From Thalassospira lohafexi (GTDB taxonomy: Bacteria; Pseudomonadota; Alphaproteobacteria; Rhodospirillales; Thalassospiraceae): a DNA stretch of 24,000 nt. Position 1 is the first letter of the stretch. Every line of letters begins with the position of its first letter. A model generated the notes under the pieces. It did not search any database, had not been told where the DNA came from, and was given only the letters and a program-made list of their open reading frames with translations. Below are positions 8,681 through 18,651 of this stretch, piece after piece. The stretch is taken from contig NZ_NXGX01000003.1 of the NCBI RefSeq assembly GCF_002844275.1, positions 267,549 to 291,548 of the forward strand. The letters run 5' to 3'. Both the position numbers and the translations under genes were made by a program.

Positions 8681-9099
8681 CAGTCGTCCTCATTTTCCGG
8701 TTCGTTTGAACCACCATCCGCAAGATCCTGAGCAACGTGCGGATCGCGCAACAAAGCTCCGATATGGTCGGCGACATCAAAACTTTTGTCTTCGATAAAT
8801 CGCAATGCTGGCACATATTTCATGTGAACCTTCTGGGCCACATGATTGCGCAGGTGACCCTTCTGGCGCGTCAGCGCCTTGAGCGAGGCTTCCGCCTCAC
8901 CCCCGCCAAGCGGCGTGAAGGATACCATAGCATTGCGCATATCCGGTGAAAGACTGACACCCGTAATGGTGACCGGGCGACGGGTCAGTTCCGGTTCGTA
9001 AATATCGCCGCGTTCCAACGCCTGCGACAGCGCCTGGCGGATTTCTTCCGCCACTCGGAGCTGTCGCTGACTTGGTGCTTTGGCTGGTTGCTTCGCCAT
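8680..9099 (-). CDS. rbfA: Ribosome-binding factor A
   Basis: 139 aa: SQRQLRVAEEIRQALSQAL...VTITGVSLSPDMRNAMV...KVHMKYVPALRFIEDKSFD, with an acidic C-terminal tail. Confidence 0.93.
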   Translation of the reverse strand: MAKQPAKAPSQRQLRVAEEIRQALSQALERGDIYEPELTRRPVTITGVSLSPDMRNAMVSFTPLGGGEAEASLKALTRQKGHLRNHVAQKVHMKYVPALRFIEDKSFDVADHIGALLRDPHVAQDLADGGSNEPENEDD

Positions 9100-9116
9100 T
9101 TCAGATCCTCACCGCC

Positions 9117-11798
9117 TTACAGTTCGACGGCGATTTCCTCGTTTTCGAAGCACTCAATCATATCGCCTGCCTGCAGATCATTATACTTGGCGAACGACAT
9201 GCCACATTCATAGCCCTCACGGACTTCTTTGACTTCGTCCTTGAAGCGACGCAGGGTCGACAGCTCGCCGGAGTGAATGACCACGTTGTCGCGCAAGAGA
9301 CGCACACCTGCACCACGTTTGACGGTACCTTCGGTAACCATACAACCAGCGATCTTGTTGCCAGAGATGGTGAACAGGTCGCGGATTTCGGCGTAGCCCA
9401 GGAACTTCTCGCGAACTTCCGGCGACAGCATACCCGACAGCATCTTTTTAATGTCATCAGCAACATCATAGATGATCGAATAATACCGAATATCAACGTT
9501 ATCACGACGCGACTGTTCGCGGGCCTGCTGGTTTGCACGCACGTTAAAGCCGATGATCAGCGCATTCGATGCACGGGCAAGTGTGACATCCGACTCGTTA
9601 ATTCCACCAACGCCGCTGTGCAGGACACGAACCGAGACTTCTTCGTTACCAAGCTTCTGCAAGGTCCCGATAAGCGCCTCGACCGACCCCTGAACGTCAC
9701 CCTTGATGACAATCGGAAGTTCTTTAACTTCACCGCTCTGCGCGAACATGTTCTCAAGTGCGGATTTCTTCATCGCCGCAGCCTGCGTTTCGCGGATACG
9801 ACGCTGACGGAAATCAGAAACTTCACGTGCTTTTGCTTCGTTTTCAACAACCACGAAGTCATCACCCGCTGCTGGAACACCGTTCAGGCCAGTGACCTCA
9901 ACCGGCATGCCCGGAATGGCATCGACAACACGGTTACCGTGATCATCAACCAGCGCACGAACACGGCCCCATTCTGCACCCGTGACAAAGATATCACCGG
10001 TTTTCAGGGTCCCGCGCTGAACCAGAACGGTTGCGACCGGACCACGGCCTTTTTCCATACGTGCTTCGACAACAACGCCATCGGCAACACGTTTGGGGTT
10101 GGCTTTAAGGTCAAGAACCTCAGACTGCAGCAGAATGGCTTCTTCAAGTTCGGTAAGGCCAAGACGCTGTTTGGCCGAAACCTCGACAGCCTGAACGTCA
10201 CCGCCCATTTCCTCGACCACAACTTCATGCTGAAGCAGCTGGGTTTTAACCCTTGAGGCATCGGCACCCGGTTTGTCGATCTTGTTGATCGCAATAATCA
10301 TCGGAACACCGGCTGCCTTGGCATGGCTGATGGCCTCGATCGTTTGCGGCATGACCGAGTCGTCGGCTGCAACAACAAGAACAACGATATCGGTAACCTT
10401 CGCACCGCGCGAACGCATTTCGGTAAATGCCGCGTGGCCCGGGGTATCAATAAAGGTGATTTTCGCACCGGTTGCCATGGTGACCTGATAGGCCCCAATG
10501 TGCTGGGTAATACCACCGGCTTCGCCACCGGCGACATCGGTTGCACGCAGCGCATCAAGCAAAGAGGTTTTACCATGGTCAACGTGGCCCATAACGGTCA
10601 CGACCGGCGGACGACCAATCAGATTGTCGTCATTTTCATCAACCGATACCAGCGATTCTTCAATATCAGCATCTGAAACACGCTTCATGTTATGGCCGAA
10701 TTCTTCTACCACAAGCTGGGCGGTATCTGGATCAAGGCTCTGGTTGATGGTCGCCATAACGCCCATGCCCATCAGGGACTTGATCACGTCAGCTGCACGT
10801 TCGGCCATACGGTTGGCAAGTTCCTGAACAGTAATGACGTCAGGAACGACCACATCACGCACGACTTTCTCCTTAGGTTTCTGCGGGCCCTGAGCACGGG
10901 CCTTGGCTTTGGCCTGCTGGCGTTTGATCGATGCCATTGAACGACGACGACCACTTTCGTCACCGCTCATGGCATTGTTGATCGACAGTTTGCCACGGCG
11001 ACGGCCATCATCGGTTTTGGCGCGCGCAGCCCCACCCTTTGCTTCTTCTTCGGCACGCTTGCGTGCTGCCAAACGAGCATTTTCCTCGTCGATTTCCTTG
11101 CGGCTTTTAGTCTTGGCAGCAGCAGGGGCCGTACGACGACGCTCTTCAGGAACCAGCGGTTCGGCCGGTTCACCAGGCATGATTTCTTCAGCTGCTTTTG
11201 GCTTACCAACCGGTTTTGGTTTGGAAGGTTTGCCTTTGGCTGTTGATGCCGCAATCGACTTTTCAACGTCTTCGACAGACATCGAGCCATCTTTAACCGG
11301 AGCATCTTCTGCTTTGTCAGCAGCTTCTGCCGCTTTGGCTTCTTCTGCCTTGCGGGCGTCTTCTTCGACCTTGCGCGCAGCTTCTTCGCGTGCACGCACC
11401 TCGGCATCCGCTTCATCCTGCTTGCGGCGCTCTTCAGCAGCCTTCAAAGCAGCCATGCGGGTTGCACGCTCACTGTTGGTCAGATTGCCCTGATCTTCAA
11501 CAACCGGACGCTTTTTTACTTCTTTAACCGGTTCCTTTTTAGCTTCCGGTGCCGATTTGGCTTCCGGTGCTTCTGGCGCCGCCTGTGGCTCCTCGGCAAC
11601 GAAATCCTTTTTCACTTCACGGAAGCGACCGGATTCGTTCTTTTCGAATGTCCGCTTCTTGCGCACTTCGACGGTCACAGATTTTGACCGTCCATGTGAG
11701 AAGTTTTGGCGAACCTGCCCTGCCTCGACCGTCTTGCTCAATTCAAGTTTCGATCTGTTGAGGCTCAGCGGTTTCTTCTCCTGATCGCGATCACTCAT
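9117..11798 (-). CDS. infB: Translation initiation factor IF-2
   Basis: G domain ([28 protein letters not shown]) plus a long Lys/Glu/Ala-rich N-terminal region. The ATG at 11798 (MSDRDQEKK) is preferred over the ORF-track GTG at 11870. Confidence 0.93.
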   Translation of the reverse strand: MSDRDQEKKPLSLNRSKLELSKTVEAGQVRQNFSHGRSKSVTVEVRKKRTFEKNESGRFREVKKDFVAEEPQAAPEAPEAKSAPEAKKEPVKEVKKRPVVEDQGNLTNSERATRMAALKAAEERRKQDEADAEVRAREEAARKVEEDARKAEEAKAAEAADKAEDAPVKDGSMSVEDVEKSIAASTAKGKPSKPKPVGKPKAAEEIMPGEPAEPLVPEERRRTAPAAAKTKSRKEIDEENARLAARKRAEEEAKGGAARAKTDDGRRRGKLSINNAMSGDESGRRRSMASIKRQQAKAKARAQGPQKPKEKVVRDVVVPDVITVQELANRMAERAADVIKSLMGMGVMATINQSLDPDTAQLVVEEFGHNMKRVSDADIEESLVSVDENDDNLIGRPPVVTVMGHVDHGKTSLLDALRATDVAGGEAGGITQHIGAYQVTMATGAKITFIDTPGHAAFTEMRSRGAKVTDIVVLVVAADDSVMPQTIEAISHAKAAGVPMIIAINKIDKPGADASRVKTQLLQHEVVVEEMGGDVQAVEVSAKQRLGLTELEEAILLQSEVLDLKANPKRVADGVVVEARMEKGRGPVATVLVQRGTLKTGDIFVTGAEWGRVRALVDDHGNRVVDAIPGMPVEVTGLNGVPAAGDDFVVVENEAKAREVSDFRQRRIRETQAAAMKKSALENMFAQSGEVKELPIVIKGDVQGSVEALIGTLQKLGNEEVSVRVLHSGVGGINESDVTLARASNALIIGFNVRANQQAREQSRRDNVDIRYYSIIYDVADDIKKMLSGMLSPEVREKFLGYAEIRDLFTISGNKIAGCMVTEGTVKRGAGVRLLRDNVVIHSGELSTLRRFKDEVKEVREGYECGMSFAKYNDLQAGDMIECFENEEIAVEL

Positions 11799-11878
11799 AA
11801 TCCGTCCAACTTCCTCATTTCCTGCGGGATCGACTTCACATGTCGACCCTGTCCTGTCCGTCCGGCGCACGCCTGTTG

Positions 11879-12469
11879 TCAGACTGCGCGAAATCCTTCA
11901 AGCCGCTTCAAGGAGCGACCCAGCCGTTTGGCCAGGCCTCCTGGCGCAACGGCCACATGTACTGCTTTTTCACGACCAAAAGCCGCGCCGATTTCAGCAG
12001 CGTTCAGAACGGAATAAATCGGCAGATCCCGGGCCTTGGCCTCGATCTTGGATTTTCCGTCTGCAGCACCATCGCGTGCTGCCAATATCAGAGCCGCACC
12101 CTCAGCAATTTGGGCACGTGCTTTTTCAAACCCGGCAACGGCTTGACCGGCACGTCGTGCAAGCGACAACAGATCAAGACATTTCTGCGTTAGCAGCTGC
12201 TCGATCCGGTCAGCAAGCTCGGGGTCGATCACGACTTTTTGCCGCGCTGCCCGGGCAAAGGCATTCTTTGCACAGGCGGTATTTATCACATCCCGCGACG
12301 GGCACAACCATAATCCCCGTCCCGGCAACCGTTCCTCAAGATCGGGAACAACCGAACCATCTGGTCCGATTACAACCCTGAGAAGATCTTCCTTGGCCCG
12401 GACCTCGCCGGTGACAATGCACCGGCGTTCCGGAACCTCGGCTACCTTGCCGCCTTTGCGATGCGACAT
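11879..12469 (-). CDS. YlxR/DUF448-type RNA-binding protein fused to an L7Ae-like domain
   Basis: 196 aa. RRCIVTGE...LLRVV...GRGLWLC is the YlxR motif, and the C-terminal half ([18 protein letters not shown]...[11 protein letters not shown]) is L7Ae-like. It occupies the conserved position between nusA and infB. A GGAGGA Shine-Dalgarno is present. Confidence 0.85.
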   Translation of the reverse strand: MSHRKGGKVAEVPERRCIVTGEVRAKEDLLRVVIGPDGSVVPDLEERLPGRGLWLCPSRDVINTACAKNAFARAARQKVVIDPELADRIEQLLTQKCLDLLSLARRAGQAVAGFEKARAQIAEGAALILAARDGAADGKSKIEAKARDLPIYSVLNAAEIGAAFGREKAVHVAVAPGGLAKRLGRSLKRLEGFRAV

Positions 12470-12487
12470 GGCGTCCTCCGATCGGCC

Positions 12488-14056
12488 TTAGGCCTGTTCG
12501 CTTTCAACTGCTTCGTCAGCAGTCTCAACGGTCTCTTCTTCAAGACCTTCGAACCAGCCAAGCTTGCGACGGGCTTCCATGATCATGTCGTTCGCCTGAT
12601 CCATGGTGATATTGTCGGCATCGCCGGCAAATTCGATCAGCTCGTCACTTGCCAGATCGGCGAAATCTTCAAGGTTTTTAACCTCGTTCTCGCCAAGACG
12701 CACAACAACTGCCAGCGACAGGCCGTTAAATTCGACCAGATCGTCAGCAACCTTAAGTTCTTCGCGGCGTTTCTGAAGACGTTCAGCTTCGTCCGACAGG
12801 AAGGTCCGTGCACGGGTACGAAGTTCCTCGGCGATTTCTTCTTCGAAACCTTCGATTTCTGCCAGCTCGGCCAACGGCACATAGCCAACTTCCTCGATCG
12901 AGGTAAAGCCTTCGGCGACCAGGAGATGGGCGATAACTTCATCAACATCAAGTGCCTTGATGAACATTTCCGCACGCTTGCGCGCTTCTTCCTGACGACG
13001 TTCGCTTTCGTCTTCTTCGGTCAGAATATCGATATCCCAACCGGTCAGCTGAGACGCCAGACGCACGTTCTGACCACGACGGCCAATGGCAAGGCTCAGC
13101 TGATCATCCGGCACGACGACTTCGATACGATTGGTTTCTTCATCCAGAACAACCTTGGTGACCTCGGCAGGCGCCAATGCGTTCACAACAAAGGTTGCCG
13201 GGTCTTCCGACCACTGAATGATATCGATTTTTTCGCCCTGCAATTCGGCAACAACCGCCTGCACACGCGAACCGCGCATACCGACACAGGCACCGACCGG
13301 ATCGATCGAGGTGTCTGACGACTGAACCGAGATTTTAGCGCGCGAACCCGGATCACGGGCCACCGATTTGATTTCGATAATACCGTCGTAGATTTCCGGT
13401 ACTTCCTGGGCAAAAAGTTTGGCCATGAAAGCAGGATGGGTCCGCGACAGGAAGATTTGCGGGCCGCGCTGTTCGCGGCGCACATCCAGGATCACCGCAC
13501 GAACGCGATCGCCTTGACGTACTGTTTCACGCGGGATCAGCTCTTCGCGGCGCAGGATGGCCTCGGCACGGCCGATATCAACCAGAACGTTGCCAAATTC
13601 AACACGCTTGACCAAGCCATTGATGACTTCGTCGGCACGATCTTTGTATTCTTCGAACTGACGTTCACGCTCTGCGTCGCGCACTTTCTGAACGATAACC
13701 TGTTTGGCGGTCTGTGCAGCGATACGACCAAAATCAATCGGCGGCAGCGGATCAATCAGGAATTCACCCAGATTGATGTTTTCATCACGGATACGCGCCT
13801 GTTCGAGCGACATCTGCGTAAAATCGTTTTCGATGTCATCGGTGACTTCAACGAAACGTGCGAGTTTGATCTCGCCGGTTTTACGGTCGATATGGGCACG
13901 GATGTCATGTTCATGGCCATATCTGGAGCGGCCAGCCTTCTGAATGGCCTGCTCCATTGCGCCAAGAACTTCATCACGATCAATGCCCTTTTCACGGGCA
14001 ACGGCATCAGCAACTTGCAAAAGTTCCGGCCGTGGCATTCCCGAAGTGGCTTCCAT
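12488..14056 (-). CDS. nusA: Transcription termination/antitermination factor NusA
   Basis: S1 and two KH domains (GACVGMRGSRVQAV; AIGRRGQNVRLASQLTGW) plus an acidic C-terminal repeat region. The ATG at 14056 has a GAGG Shine-Dalgarno 6 nt upstream. The ORF-track start at 14062 is TTG. Confidence 0.95.
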   Translation of the reverse strand: MEATSGMPRPELLQVADAVAREKGIDRDEVLGAMEQAIQKAGRSRYGHEHDIRAHIDRKTGEIKLARFVEVTDDIENDFTQMSLEQARIRDENINLGEFLIDPLPPIDFGRIAAQTAKQVIVQKVRDAERERQFEEYKDRADEVINGLVKRVEFGNVLVDIGRAEAILRREELIPRETVRQGDRVRAVILDVRREQRGPQIFLSRTHPAFMAKLFAQEVPEIYDGIIEIKSVARDPGSRAKISVQSSDTSIDPVGACVGMRGSRVQAVVAELQGEKIDIIQWSEDPATFVVNALAPAEVTKVVLDEETNRIEVVVPDDQLSLAIGRRGQNVRLASQLTGWDIDILTEEDESERRQEEARKRAEMFIKALDVDEVIAHLLVAEGFTSIEEVGYVPLAELAEIEGFEEEIAEELRTRARTFLSDEAERLQKRREELKVADDLVEFNGLSLAVVVRLGENEVKNLEDFADLASDELIEFAGDADNITMDQANDMIMEARRKLGWFEGLEEETVETADEAVESEQA

Positions 14057-14065
14057 ATCCAACCT

Positions 14066-14605
14066 CTATTCTGCGGTGTCGTCAGTCCGGCGTTGGCCGG
14101 TGACATGCGCGATCAATTCATCCGTCAACACCAATTTCGACTTCGCGATATCGGCCAGCGGCAACAAGACACGTTCGCCATCAACAATCAGGGCGACCGC
14201 ATTATCTTCAATCCCATCCAGCAAACCGCTGAAACGGCGACGACCATTTTGGGCCATCGTCAGTTCGACCTTTGCCTCAAACCCCTTCCACACTTCAAAA
14301 TGCGGTGCACGGGTTAAAGGACGGTCGATACCCGGGGAACTGACTTCAAGGTGATACGCACCTGAAATCGGGTCCTCGACATCCATAAGGGCAGAAACAG
14401 TACGGCTGATTTCGGCGCATTCAGTAACATTGATGCTGCCTTTGGCGTCCGCACGATCTGCCATGATCTGCAGGATATTGTGGTCCTGTCCGGTCATGGA
14501 GACGCGGACAAGTTCAAAACCCAGCGCGTTGATCGACGGTTCAATAATTTCCGTGACCTTCGCCATCAACGGGTCTTTTAACTGCTGTCCAATCAGTTCG
14601 GCCAT
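14066..14605 (-). CDS. rimP: Ribosome maturation factor RimP
   Basis: VTEIIEPSINALGFELVRV...AYHLEVSSPGIDRPL parallels E. coli RimP. The start is uncertain: ATG at 14605, ATG at 14566 (MAKV) or the ORF-track GTG at 14632. That GTG lies inside the U-tract of the upstream hairpin. Confidence 0.85.
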   Translation of the reverse strand: MAELIGQQLKDPLMAKVTEIIEPSINALGFELVRVSMTGQDHNILQIMADRADAKGSINVTECAEISRTVSALMDVEDPISGAYHLEVSSPGIDRPLTRAPHFEVWKGFEAKVELTMAQNGRRRFSGLLDGIEDNAVALIVDGERVLLPLADIAKSKLVLTDELIAHVTGQRRTDDTAE

Positions 14606-14620
14606 ATAGCGATGCCATAC

Positions 14621-14660
14621 CCCAAAATGCACAAAAGAGCGGGCGCAAGGCCCACTCTTT
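14621..14660 (-). terminator. Terminator-like hairpin in the rimP-nusA leader (candidate attenuator, also ends hemO transcription)
   Basis: Minus-strand RNA reads AAAGAGUGGGC-CUUGC-GCCCGCUCUUU (11 bp including one U.G pair) followed by UGUGCAUUUUGG. Confidence 0.55.
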
Positions 14661-14687
14661 GTCCGGTTTTACAAAAAGCTTGGCGGC

Positions 14688-14716
14688 TTTATACAGCCGG
14701 TTTGCGCAGAAATCAA
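14688..14716 (-). promoter_or_regulatory. Sigma70-type promoter for rimP-nusA-infB
   Basis: The minus strand reads TTGATT, a 17-nt spacer, then TATAAA. It lies 27 nt after the hemO stop and upstream of the leader hairpin. Confidence 0.5.
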
Positions 14717-14742
14717 GTCGGGATACCCACCAGCAGAGCCTT

Positions 14743-15369
14743 TCAACCTTGGGATTGCGTGTCAGCCGTGCGCGCGGCCTCGACCATCAGCAGATTACGG
14801 AAAAATTCAAAGGCCGCACAGGCACCATCGCGAACCATCTCATCTTCATTCTTTCCAAGTGCCAAGCTATTGACCTGATCGACAAATTCACGCCAATGAC
14901 GCCCCCGGCCATCTGCATGTGCTGCCAGATGACGCGCCCCGAAATCAGCAGTAAGACCGATCCCCGCAGCCGCCTTTAACAAAAAGGCAGCACCCAGCGA
15001 TGATCCTTCACAAACATAAAGCCAGCCAACACGCGCCATTCCGATCTGCGCTATATCTTGGCGACTCCTGAAATCAGGAACCTCACATCCCATGTCGGCA
15101 ATATCCTTTGACACAGCAGCATATCGGCTTCGATCTGCCAGCCCCGGCATCAGTTGGTTCAGGTCATCGGCCACATAAAGCGGCCGCATTGCACGATGAA
15201 ATATATATTGCAGCCGAAGAAACCGGGTATAGTTTTCCCGACTGTCAAAGGGTGCCATTGCCATCACCATATCATCAACACTCTGATGGTCGGTCCGCGT
15301 TGATTGTTTCAGCTCAGCCAATCGCGTCGGCTGGCCTCGCATCGTCTCTGGTTGTGATATCTCGTTCAC
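14743..15369 (-). CDS. hemO: Heme oxygenase, HemO/PigA type (biliverdin-producing)
   Basis: 208 aa. LKQSTRTDHQSVDDMVM...PFDSRENYTRFLRLQYIFH...GWLYVCEGSSLGAAFLLK...GARHLAAHADGRGRHWREF closely parallels Neisseria HemO as I recall it, including the proximal-His segment and the GS-LG distal helix. The start is GTG with a GAGGGG Shine-Dalgarno 7 nt upstream. Confidence 0.85.
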   Translation of the reverse strand: MNEISQPETMRGQPTRLAELKQSTRTDHQSVDDMVMAMAPFDSRENYTRFLRLQYIFHRAMRPLYVADDLNQLMPGLADRSRYAAVSKDIADMGCEVPDFRSRQDIAQIGMARVGWLYVCEGSSLGAAFLLKAAAGIGLTADFGARHLAAHADGRGRHWREFVDQVNSLALGKNEDEMVRDGACAAFEFFRNLLMVEAARTADTQSQG

Positions 15370-15433
15370 GTCAAAGCCCCTCGTGACTGTTCTATTTGCC
15401 TAAACTGGCTGCTGGTAAACAGCCCATAGAATC

Positions 15434-15462
15434 TGAAACGATCCGGACCACGCGATATCTGA
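15434..15462 (-). promoter_or_regulatory. ECF-type promoter candidate upstream of hemO (TCAGA-N17-CGTTTCA)
   Basis: The minus strand reads TTCAGAtatC, 12 nt, then TCGTTTCA. It has the same architecture and spacing as the sites at 22414-22442 and 23524-23552. It lies 65 nt upstream of the hemO start. Confidence 0.5.
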
Positions 15463-15494
15463 ACGCCGCAATGCTTTCCTGTGACATCGGGATG

Positions 15495-16859
15495 TTAATC
15501 CTCTCGAAAGGCACGCGCGAACTGATCCGACAAAGGTTTAAAAAGATAACTCAGCGCAGAACGTTCTCCGGTTGCCAAAAAGGTTTCAACAGGCATGCCT
15601 GGGACAAGCTCCTGCCCATCAAGTTTGGCAAGTTCACCAGCCCCAATACGCACGCGCACCACATAATAACTCTCCCCCGTCAGCTCATCGCGATCCAACT
15701 CGGCGGAAATCCGCGACACTTCCCCAGACAATTCCGGCGTTGTCCGCTGGTTAAACGCAGTAAAGCGTAGCATCGCGGTTTGACCAGGCATGACCTGTTC
15801 GATATCACGCGGATTAACATGCGCTTCGATCACCAGTTCATCGCGGTCAGGCACAATCCCCATGATCCGATCACCACCGGCAACAACACCGCCCACCGTA
15901 TGAACAGCCATCTGATAAACCGTCCCATCATAGGGGGCACGAATGTCAATCCGGCGCAGTTGATCATTAAGCGCAATCTGGCGTTGCTGTAATTCGGCAA
16001 GCTGCTGATCAATATCGGTCAGTTCGGACAGAACGTCTGTCTGACGGTCACGATCAAGTTGCAAAATCTGCATTTCAGTTTCGGAAATCTGCATATGGGT
16101 CGCCGCAATTTGCGCAGTCAGTTCACCATGAGTCCCGTCGAGACTAGCCCGCTCCCTGCGTAACGCCGCTACCCGCGTAATCGGAACAAGTTGCTTGGCA
16201 TACAGCATCTCTAACCCGCCTAGTTCATCAACAATGTGCCTGCGTTCCTCTTCATTTGCTGATTTCTGTGCCGTTAATCCGACGATTGTTTCGGAAAGCT
16301 GGGCCAGTTTTTGCGCAAGCTGTTGTTTTTCACCTTCAAGGCTGCTGCGCCGTGCCGCAAACAGGCGTTTTTCGGCACTTACCAATTCAGAAAGCTTGGC
16401 ATCCTGCTGTCGACTTTTAAAAGCATCCGGCAGGGACAGCTCATCATTTACATCGCGTTCTGCGACCAGACGCATCCGACGCGCTTGAAAGGCATCAAGC
16501 TGGGATTCGACAATGCCAAGACTGGCACGCGCCATTGTATCATCGAGCCGGATCAAAAGATCACCGGCCTTAACCTGATCACCGTCATGGACGTGAATTT
16601 CACCAACGATGCCACCATCGGCATGCTGGACATCCTTGACGTTGCTTTCGACCACCATTTTACCAGATGCCACCACGGCCCCGGAAAGCTGGGCAAGAAA
16701 CAGCCACACCATCAAACCTGCCATCAAGGCAAAGACAATCCCGCCGCCCCAAAACATATGCTTTCTTAATGCCAGTTGTGCCGCAGATAGACCCGTCTGT
16801 TGCCGGCCTGCTGCCGAGGGGGATACGGACATCGCACGCACAGATGAAACACCGATCAT
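15495..16859 (-). CDS. hasE: HlyD-family type I secretion membrane fusion protein (HasE/PrtE-like)
   Basis: 454 aa with an N-terminal TM segment, long coiled-coil Q/L/E-rich segments and an HlyD-type beta barrel. The ATG overlaps the upstream ABC gene's stop (ATGA). Confidence 0.88.
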   Translation of the reverse strand: MIGVSSVRAMSVSPSAAGRQQTGLSAAQLALRKHMFWGGGIVFALMAGLMVWLFLAQLSGAVVASGKMVVESNVKDVQHADGGIVGEIHVHDGDQVKAGDLLIRLDDTMARASLGIVESQLDAFQARRMRLVAERDVNDELSLPDAFKSRQQDAKLSELVSAEKRLFAARRSSLEGEKQQLAQKLAQLSETIVGLTAQKSANEEERRHIVDELGGLEMLYAKQLVPITRVAALRRERASLDGTHGELTAQIAATHMQISETEMQILQLDRDRQTDVLSELTDIDQQLAELQQRQIALNDQLRRIDIRAPYDGTVYQMAVHTVGGVVAGGDRIMGIVPDRDELVIEAHVNPRDIEQVMPGQTAMLRFTAFNQRTTPELSGEVSRISAELDRDELTGESYYVVRVRIGAGELAKLDGQELVPGMPVETFLATGERSALSYLFKPLSDQFARAFRED

Positions 16860-18580
16860 GCTGTTTCTCCTACCTGTCGGACGGTTTTGCGCAAGATGTC
16901 ATCGCGCGCACCAAAGGCGACCTGACGTCCGTCCTGAATAATGGTTGTCAGGTTAACCGTCGCCAGTGCACCGGGACGATGCGCTATCAAAACAACAATG
17001 GCACCACGTTCACGCGCATCGCGGACTGCCTGCAAAAGCGACTGTTCACCCGCGCTATCAAGATTGGAATTGGGCTCATCAAGCACGATCAGGAACGGAT
17101 CTCCAAATAGGGCGCGTGCCAAACCAATCCTTTGACGCTGCCCCCCTGACAGAACCACACCACCGGCCCCGACTTTGGTGTCATAACCATTGGGCAGGGA
17201 CTGGATCAGGTCATGCACACCCGCAGACCGGGCCGCCGAAACGATATCTTCGGATCTGGCATCAGGGATAAGCCGGGCAATGTTGCGGGCAACCGTGTCG
17301 TCAAACAGTTCAACATCTTGTGGCAAATACCCGACATGACGCCCCAGCCGTTCAGGATCCCAATGTGATAATTCAGCCCCGTCAATGCGGATGGAACCTC
17401 CCCGAATGGTGCCAATGCCGACCATTGCCCGCCCAAGAGTCGATTTTCCCGATCCGCTGGGACCAATGATCCCCAAACCATCTCCGGCCTTAAGCACCAG
17501 ATCATTAACCCGCAACAATACTTTTTGGGCATGTACAGACTCCCCACCCGACGTTGCCACTACAAGATTTGAGATTGTCAGACCTTGCGTTGGCGCAGGC
17601 AACTGCATGCGTTCGGAATGAGCGTCCTGTTTACTGAGAATGTGATCCAGGCGGGTGCGCGCTTGTCGGGCTGCGACAAACCCCCGCCAATTGGCAATGG
17701 CCTGCTCGACCGGTGAGAGTGCGCGTGCGGTCAGGATTGATGCAGCCACCATGGCACCGGGCGTGACTTCCTGCCGGATCGCAAGATAGGCCCCAAGGGC
17801 AAGCACAATGGATTGCAACGCAAGCCGAATGACCTTGATATAAGCCGAAAATGTTGAATTAACGTCGCCAACGACGGTGTTTTCCCTCAAGTAGCGATCA
17901 TTTTGCTGACCCCATTGGTGCCGAAAAGCCCCCAACATCCCCATCGCCCGAATGGCTTCGGCGTTACGGCACCCTGCTTCGACCAGATTGCTTCGCACGA
18001 CTGTTTGCGCATTCATGTGCGCGACCTTCTTACGGGTCACCAGTTCACTGACAAATGTCAGCGTTATTAAAACAATCCCGCCGACCAACGCCAATATGCC
18101 AAGCCAAGGGTGGAAAACAAAAACAATCCCCAGAAAAAGCGGCATCCACGGCAGATCACAAATCGCAATAGGACCGGCCCCACCAAGGAATTGGCGAATT
18201 TGATCAAGGTCATTGAGTGGCTGCGCCGTTTCCCGACCATTGCGCAAGCGAATGGTAAGCGTCTGTTCCAATGCCTTTGGCCCAATCTGCTCATCAACCC
18301 GCCAGCCAATCCGCACCAGCATGCGGGCGCGCAGGGCATCCACACCGCCCAGAAACAAATAAAGACCGATCACAAGACCAATCAACGCCAGAAGGGTCGG
18401 GACACTCTGACTGGCCAGCACACGATCATATACCTGAAGCATAAAAAGCGGGCCCGTCAGCATCAGCAGGTTTGAGACACCGCTCAATCCTGCGACAACC
18501 CAGAACACACGGCGCAAAGATGCAATCGCGGATCCAATTGGCGATTGGGACGCACCATGCGCAGTGTTTTGGGGGGACAT
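16856..18580 (-). CDS. hasD: Type I secretion ABC permease/ATPase, PrtD/AprD/HasD type (no N-terminal peptidase domain)
   Basis: N-terminal NLLMLTGPLFMLQVYDRVL motif, Walker A GPSGSGKST, signature LSGGQRQRIGLARAL and Walker B LIVLDEPNSNLD. The ATG at 18580 is preferred. The ORF-track GTG at 18649 lies inside a GC hairpin. Confidence 0.9.
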   Translation of the reverse strand: MSPQNTAHGASQSPIGSAIASLRRVFWVVAGLSGVSNLLMLTGPLFMLQVYDRVLASQSVPTLLALIGLVIGLYLFLGGVDALRARMLVRIGWRVDEQIGPKALEQTLTIRLRNGRETAQPLNDLDQIRQFLGGAGPIAICDLPWMPLFLGIVFVFHPWLGILALVGGIVLITLTFVSELVTRKKVAHMNAQTVVRSNLVEAGCRNAEAIRAMGMLGAFRHQWGQQNDRYLRENTVVGDVNSTFSAYIKVIRLALQSIVLALGAYLAIRQEVTPGAMVAASILTARALSPVEQAIANWRGFVAARQARTRLDHILSKQDAHSERMQLPAPTQGLTISNLVVATSGGESVHAQKVLLRVNDLVLKAGDGLGIIGPSGSGKSTLGRAMVGIGTIRGGSIRIDGAELSHWDPERLGRHVGYLPQDVELFDDTVARNIARLIPDARSEDIVSAARSAGVHDLIQSLPNGYDTKVGAGGVVLSGGQRQRIGLARALFGDPFLIVLDEPNSNLDSAGEQSLLQAVRDARERGAIVVLIAHRPGALATVNLTTIIQDGRQVAFGARDDILRKTVRQVGETA

Positions 18581-18627
18581 TTTGCCAAACACGTTTTTTA
18601 TATTCCAAAGATGTTTTATGTTGGGGT

Positions 18628-18651
18628 GGGTGCCGCTGTTACGCGGCACCC
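18628..18651 (-). promoter_or_regulatory. GC-rich hairpin in the hasA-hasD spacer
   Basis: GGGTGCCGC-N6-GCGGCACCC, a perfect 9-bp stem with no U-tract. A second hairpin lies at 18667-18694 (GCCCGU..ACGGGC plus CC/GG). Confidence 0.45.

Noticed and set aside
10950-11560. Repetitive Lys/Glu/Ala/Pro-rich coding stretch ([32 protein letters not shown]), considered as a tandem repeat or CRISPR-like array.
   Set aside because: It is the low-complexity N-terminal region normal for IF-2. It is in frame, with no repeat-spacer periodicity.
14633-14742. Leader tRNA upstream of rimP, as with metY in E. coli.
   Set aside because: The spacer is about 110 nt and shows no tRNA cloverleaf or T-loop (GTTCRANYC) signature. 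It is better explained by a promoter plus hairpin.
18581-18649. ORF-track N-terminal extensions that use non-ATG starts. They are hasD GTG 18649, hasA TTG 19514, hasR TTG 22358, hasS TTG 23485, nusA TTG 14062, rimP GTG 14632 and infB GTG 11870.
   Set aside because: In each case an in-frame ATG just downstream fits better. It has a better Shine-Dalgarno and/or homologue-like N-terminus, or the extension runs through a hairpin, operator or terminator. Starts for hasS, rimP and hasR remain uncertain.
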